A DNA stretch of 40,107 bases from Octopus bimaculoides (taxonomy: Eukaryota), in the NCBI RefSeq assembly GCF_001194135.2, contig NC_068994.1, forward strand, positions 41,807,732 to 41,847,838, given 5' to 3'. A program made the translations under genes and the position numbers. The notes under the pieces are model-generated. The model was not told the DNA's origin. It saw only the letters and a program-made list of their open reading frames with translations, and ran no database searches. This document shows positions 36,413 through 40,107 of the stretch, in pieces (within the stretch, counting starts at the first letter, position 1; every line of letters begins with the position of its first letter).

Positions 36413-37066
36413 ATTCAGTGCATGAAAATATTTCAAAAGAAATAATTTTGAGTTATGAGGTTTAAGGCCAGATTAATAATAAAAGAACTGAAATCTAGAG
36501 GGAGATGTCTTTTCATTATGGCAAGTAAAATTAATGTAAAAAAATATTATTTTAATGTTGTTAAAAATTGGATGGAAAAGAAATTATATTTGTTTATGAA
36601 ATATCTTCTTTTAATTATTTGAATTTCAAACGTGGAGACCTGATGAAGTCAATCAAAGAATAACTGATATATATATATATATATATANNNNNNNNNNNNN
36701 NNNNNNNNNNNNNNNNNNNNNNNNNNNNNNNNNNNNNNNNNNNNNNNNNNNNNNNNNNNNNNNNNNNNNNNNNNNNNNNNNNNNNNNNNNNNNNNNNNNN
36801 NNNNNNNNNNNNNNNNNNNNNNNNNNNNNNNNNNNNNNNNNNNNNNNNNNNNNNNNNNNNNNNNNNNNNNNNNNNNNNNNNNNNNNNNNNNNNNNNNNNN
36901 NNNNNNNNNNNNNNNNNNNNNNNNNNNNNNNNNNNNNNNNNNNNNNNNNNNNNNNNNNNNNNNNNNNNNNNNNNNNNNNNNNNNNNNNNNNNNNNNNNNN
37001 NNNNNNNNNNNNNNNNNNNNNNNNNNNNNNNNNNNNNNNNNNNNNNNNNNNNNNNNNNNNNNNNNN

Positions 37067-37152
37067 GCTTCTCCAACATACTGAATCAGTAGTTCTTTGA
37101 CTGCTATTTCTAAATTTCAGTATGTTGGAGAAGCAACTCCTGCTAATCCCTG
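37067..37152. mobile_element. Probable small hairpin MITE with its left end hidden in the gap
   Basis: Perfect 19-bp inverted repeat (37067-37085 / 37116-37134). The right side continues to ...taatccctg|TA, i.e. a TA-CAGGG-type end. Confidence 0.5.
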
Positions 37153-37162
37153 TATATTTATG

Positions 37163-37194
<32 letters not shown>

Positions 37195-37196
<2 letters not shown>

Positions 37197-37413
37197 AAAA
37201 CCTTTGGCAATTTGTTGTGCGTGAGAAGACACATCAAGCCAAGTGAAATCGTAATTGTGGCCAGTGCCAATGAAGCATAAAAAGCACCCATGGTGGTAAC
37301 ACACAAAAGGCAACCATAGAAACCAAGGCAAACCAGACCAGAGCTTGGTACAGCTCTCTGGCTTACCAGCTCCAGTCAAACCATCTAATCCATGCCAGCA
37401 TGGAAATGGACGT
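37195..37413 (+). mobile_element. Diverged family C-related 3' end
   Basis: Contains taaaaagcaccca and ccagtcaaaccatctaatccatgccagcatggaaatggacgt. Lacks the tail because it is fused to a SINE head. Confidence 0.65.
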
Positions 37414-37817
37414 GGTGAGTAGCTTGCTTACCAACCACATGGTTCTGGGTTCAGTCCCACTGCGTGGCACCTTGGGCAAGTGTCTTCTACTATAGCCTCG
37501 GGCCGACTAAAGCCTTGTGAGTGGATTTGGTAGACGGAAACTGAAAGAAGCCCGTCGTATATGTGTGTATATATATATATATGTATATATGTGTGAGTAT
37601 GCTTGTGTATCTGTGTTCTTCCCCCTAACATCGCTTGACAATCGATGCTGGTGTGTTTACGTCCCCGTAACTTAGCAGTTCGGCAAAAGATATCGATAGA
37701 ATAAGTTCTAGGCTTCCAAAGAATAAGTCCTGGGGTCGATTTGCTCGACTAAAGGCGGTGCTCCAGCATGGCCGCAGTCAAATGACTGAAACAAGTAAAA
37801 GAGTAAAAGGGTAAAAG
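37412..37817 (+). mobile_element. tRNA-derived SINE, family A, well-preserved CpG-rich copy
   Basis: Complete core and tail, with many CpGs retained relative to other copies. Confidence 0.9.
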
Positions 37818-38372
37818 AGTATATATATATATATATGTATATATGTGTGAGTATGCTTGTGTATCTGTGTTCTTCNNNNNNNNNNATATATATACATACA
37901 TGGACAAACACACACACACACATATAAACCGTGTGTTCAATTCCCAGATCAGGCAATGCATTGTGTTCTTGAGAAAAGCACTTCATTTCATGTTGCTCTG
38001 CTACTACTACCACCACCACCACCAACAACAACAGCAGGAAACATTTTACGTATCGCTCCCTTTTGATAACAAATACTTATGGAATCTCTTTTTGAATGAT
38101 AACTCAGCAAAGGGTGGTAACAACTATTGTCCAAATGGAGAGAGTACAACACTCAGGGATGGGTGTTAATCCTTGAAACAAAGCATATAACTTACTTACA
38201 TGTCAAGATATTTACTATTTAGAAATGTCTATGAGTACTGGATTCATGTAACCTAGTACTAATGGTATTGGACTTTCAATCATAAGGTCAACAATTTGAT
38301 TCCTAGACTGGGCAGTATGATGTACCATAGAACAAGCTACTTCCTTTCACATTGCTCAACTCTACTTAACTA

Positions 38373-38401
38373 TGAGGTGGTATCAAAACGTTCTCAGACT
38401 T
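38373..38401 (+). mobile_element. Lone mariner TIR remnant
   Basis: Preceded by TA. 24/29 identical to the left TIR at 16379-16407. Immediately followed by a SINE. Confidence 0.7.
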
Positions 38402-38556
38402 AGGCGCAGGAGTGGTTGTGTGGTAAGTAGCTTGCTTACCAACCATATGGTTCCGGGTTCAGTCTCATTGTGTGGCACCTTGGGCAAGTGTCTTCTACTA
38501 TGGCCTTGGGCCGACCAAAGCCTTGTGAGTGAAAATGAACATTAAATGATGATGAC
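38402..38556 (+). mobile_element. SINE family A head/core joined to a family C-like tail
   Basis: Matches family A to ccttgtgagtg, then reads gaaaatgaacattaaatgatgatga. Confidence 0.75.
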
Positions 38557-38708
38557 AGCCAATCTATTCAGTGTCCATTCCAGAAGGCTTTTTTTCTAAA
38601 TTATAAACATAGCTGTTGGTTGTGTTTTAATGGTTACAAACTGCAAATGAAAAAATAGCTAAGAAATTAATTTCACAACACTTCAACAATAAAGCAATCT
38701 TTCTTTAC

Positions 38709-38858
38709 CACACCTCAAAGGTATATAATTGATTGTTTCCATGTAGAGTTTGCATAGAGCTCAAGATTTACTGATAATCCACTGTTGGTTCAATAATGGG
38801 CTTTCTTCCATCTGAAGCAGTGTAATTGAGTATGGGGTCATAAACACAGCTGATTATT
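38709..38858 (-). other. Candidate non-coding 5'UTR exon of the protocadherin
   Basis: Strong acceptor attttctctcttttatttccAG|aat at 38859/38858 and donor-like GTG|GTAAAG at 38709. Unique sequence. Splice signals only. Confidence 0.3.
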
Positions 38859-38968
38859 CTGGAAATAAAAGAGAGAAAATATGTGAAAATATATCAAACA
38901 TTCCAGTACAATATAAATTTCTGAAAGTATTCAATACATTTTTAGAAATAATACATTTCTAAATCTCT

Positions 38969-39041
38969 CATGTTTCTGAGTCTTTGATTGTCATCAGCCA
39001 TGCTAGTCCACACTGATGATGAGCAAAGATACAGAAACATG
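38969..39041 (+). other. 73-nt stem-loop
   Basis: 24 Watson-Crick and 3 G-U pairs over 29 positions on the plus strand, with a 15-nt loop. Confidence 0.8.
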
Positions 39042-39399
39042 TATCTGGATGCAGGCTTAGCTGGGTGGAGGTGCTTGTCTTCCCTTTGTAAACATAAGGA
39101 CACAGGAAATGTGTCAAGGACGACAGGAAGCGGAGCAGCTTCCTAGGTCTAACCAACAGTAGTATTATTCCTCTCAGGGGACTGTCACATTAAGTTGACA
39201 GTATTCAATACAATTAGTTTAGAATGGGTTAATAATCCTGCTTCACTTCTCAGGTAGTGTTAGTATTAAAAGGGAAGCATTTATCCAAAAGGAAAGACAT
39301 CCAAAATTTCTGAAAAATTACAGAAACGATCGGTGTTTATTTTAAATAACAAAAATAAAGTAACATAGCTGTATTCAAAGATATATCATCAGTGTCATA

Positions 39400-39490
39400 A
39401 GTGCAGGCATGGCTATGTGGTTAATAATCTCACTTTGCAGCCATGTGGTTTCAAGTTCAGTCCCAATGTGAGGCACCTTGGGCAAGTGTT
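39400..39490 (+). mobile_element. SINE family A head fragment
   Basis: gcaggcatggctatgtggt...caagttcagtccc..ggcaccttgggcaagtgt. Confidence 0.75.
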
Positions 39491-39590
39491 TCCTCAAGTC
39501 CTCTGCATTCAAGGCCCATGTTTCTGCTTGGAGCATTACCGTTCTAAAATAGGCATCCAACAATCTGCATTTTACTCTTTTTTCCAAGCA
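39489..39590 (-). mobile_element. RTE-clade LINE fragment (post-RT region)
   Basis: Translation KRVKCRLLDAYFRTVMLQAETWALNAEDLRK resembles the RTE K.RLY...VR..ML.GSETW motif. Cut off by a SINE at 39400-39490. Confidence 0.7.
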
Positions 39591-39887
39591 GTCATAGTAA
39601 CTCTATGAACTTATTCCAACCTATTTTCACCTTGGTTTCTATACTTTTAGGGTAACCATTTCCCTTGCTAATCACATCTCTTAGTAACAGAAGGTATCAG
39701 CTACTTCTAGTGAGGCATTTAAGAGAATCCATTTCTGGTGTGTTCAAAGTATGTACTTGCTCCCCTGCAGCTTTCTCTCTCCCTTTCCCCCTTCTCTCTT
39801 TTCTTCCTCCCCTTCACTCTCTCTTTCTATCTCTCTCACTCTCTCTCTGTGTGAGTGTTTATGTGTGTGTGTGTATATATATATATA

Positions 39888-40107
39888 TCATCATCATCAT
39901 CATCATCGTTTAACGTCCGCTTTCCATGCTAGCATGGGTTGGAAGATTTAACTGAGGACTGGTGAAACCGGATGGCAGCACCAGGCTCCAATCTAATTTG
40001 GCAGAGTTTCTACAGCTGGATGCCCTTCCTAACACCAACCACTCAGAGAGTGTAGTGGGTGCTTTTACGTGTCACCCACACAAAAACGACCACGCTCGAA
40101 ATGGTGT
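39888..40107 (-). mobile_element. Family C element running off the window end
   Basis: Reverse complement matches 103-230 and 10377-10600. (CAT)n tail at 39888-39907. Confidence 0.9.

Noticed and set aside
36632-36667. CTGATGA followed by an imperfect stem-II-like hairpin
   Set aside because: The required GAAA and 3' half are replaced by (TA)n and a gap, so it cannot be called a hammerhead.
39045-39165. Possible HDV-like ribozyme fold (hairpin followed by CTAA)
   Set aside because: P1/P3/L3 could only be assigned with long loops and mismatches, which is overfitting by eye.

Overview
Eukaryotic, AT-rich, microsatellite-dense genomic DNA with 15 assembly gaps (about 4.35 kb of N). The protocadherin and SINE repertoire suggest a coleoid cephalopod, most likely Octopus (inference). 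The only supportable host gene is a minus-strand protocadherin. One large exon (36356-33963) encodes the signal peptide, six cadherin repeats, TM helix and proximal tail. A 12.2 kb intron follows, then a small in-frame cytoplasmic exon (21748-21581/21592) that is missing from the ORF track and ends in a YEEI motif. The rest is mostly SINEs, LINE remnants (RTE-type and RLE-type), a deleted mariner, MITEs and simple repeats. Best observations: (1) a minimal type I hammerhead ribozyme motif on the sense strand of the protocadherin intron; (2) a probably Ca2+-free EC3-EC4 linker; (3) two pre-miRNA-like hairpins; (4) a four-level nested transposon stack (LINE > hAT MITE > SINE-like element > 154-bp solo LTR), where both the hAT and the LTR have perfect target-site duplications; (5) two perfect 19-bp inverted repeats that stop exactly at gap edges. 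All structure calls are by eye. No folding, alignment or database search was run, and nothing here is proven to be a new biological system.
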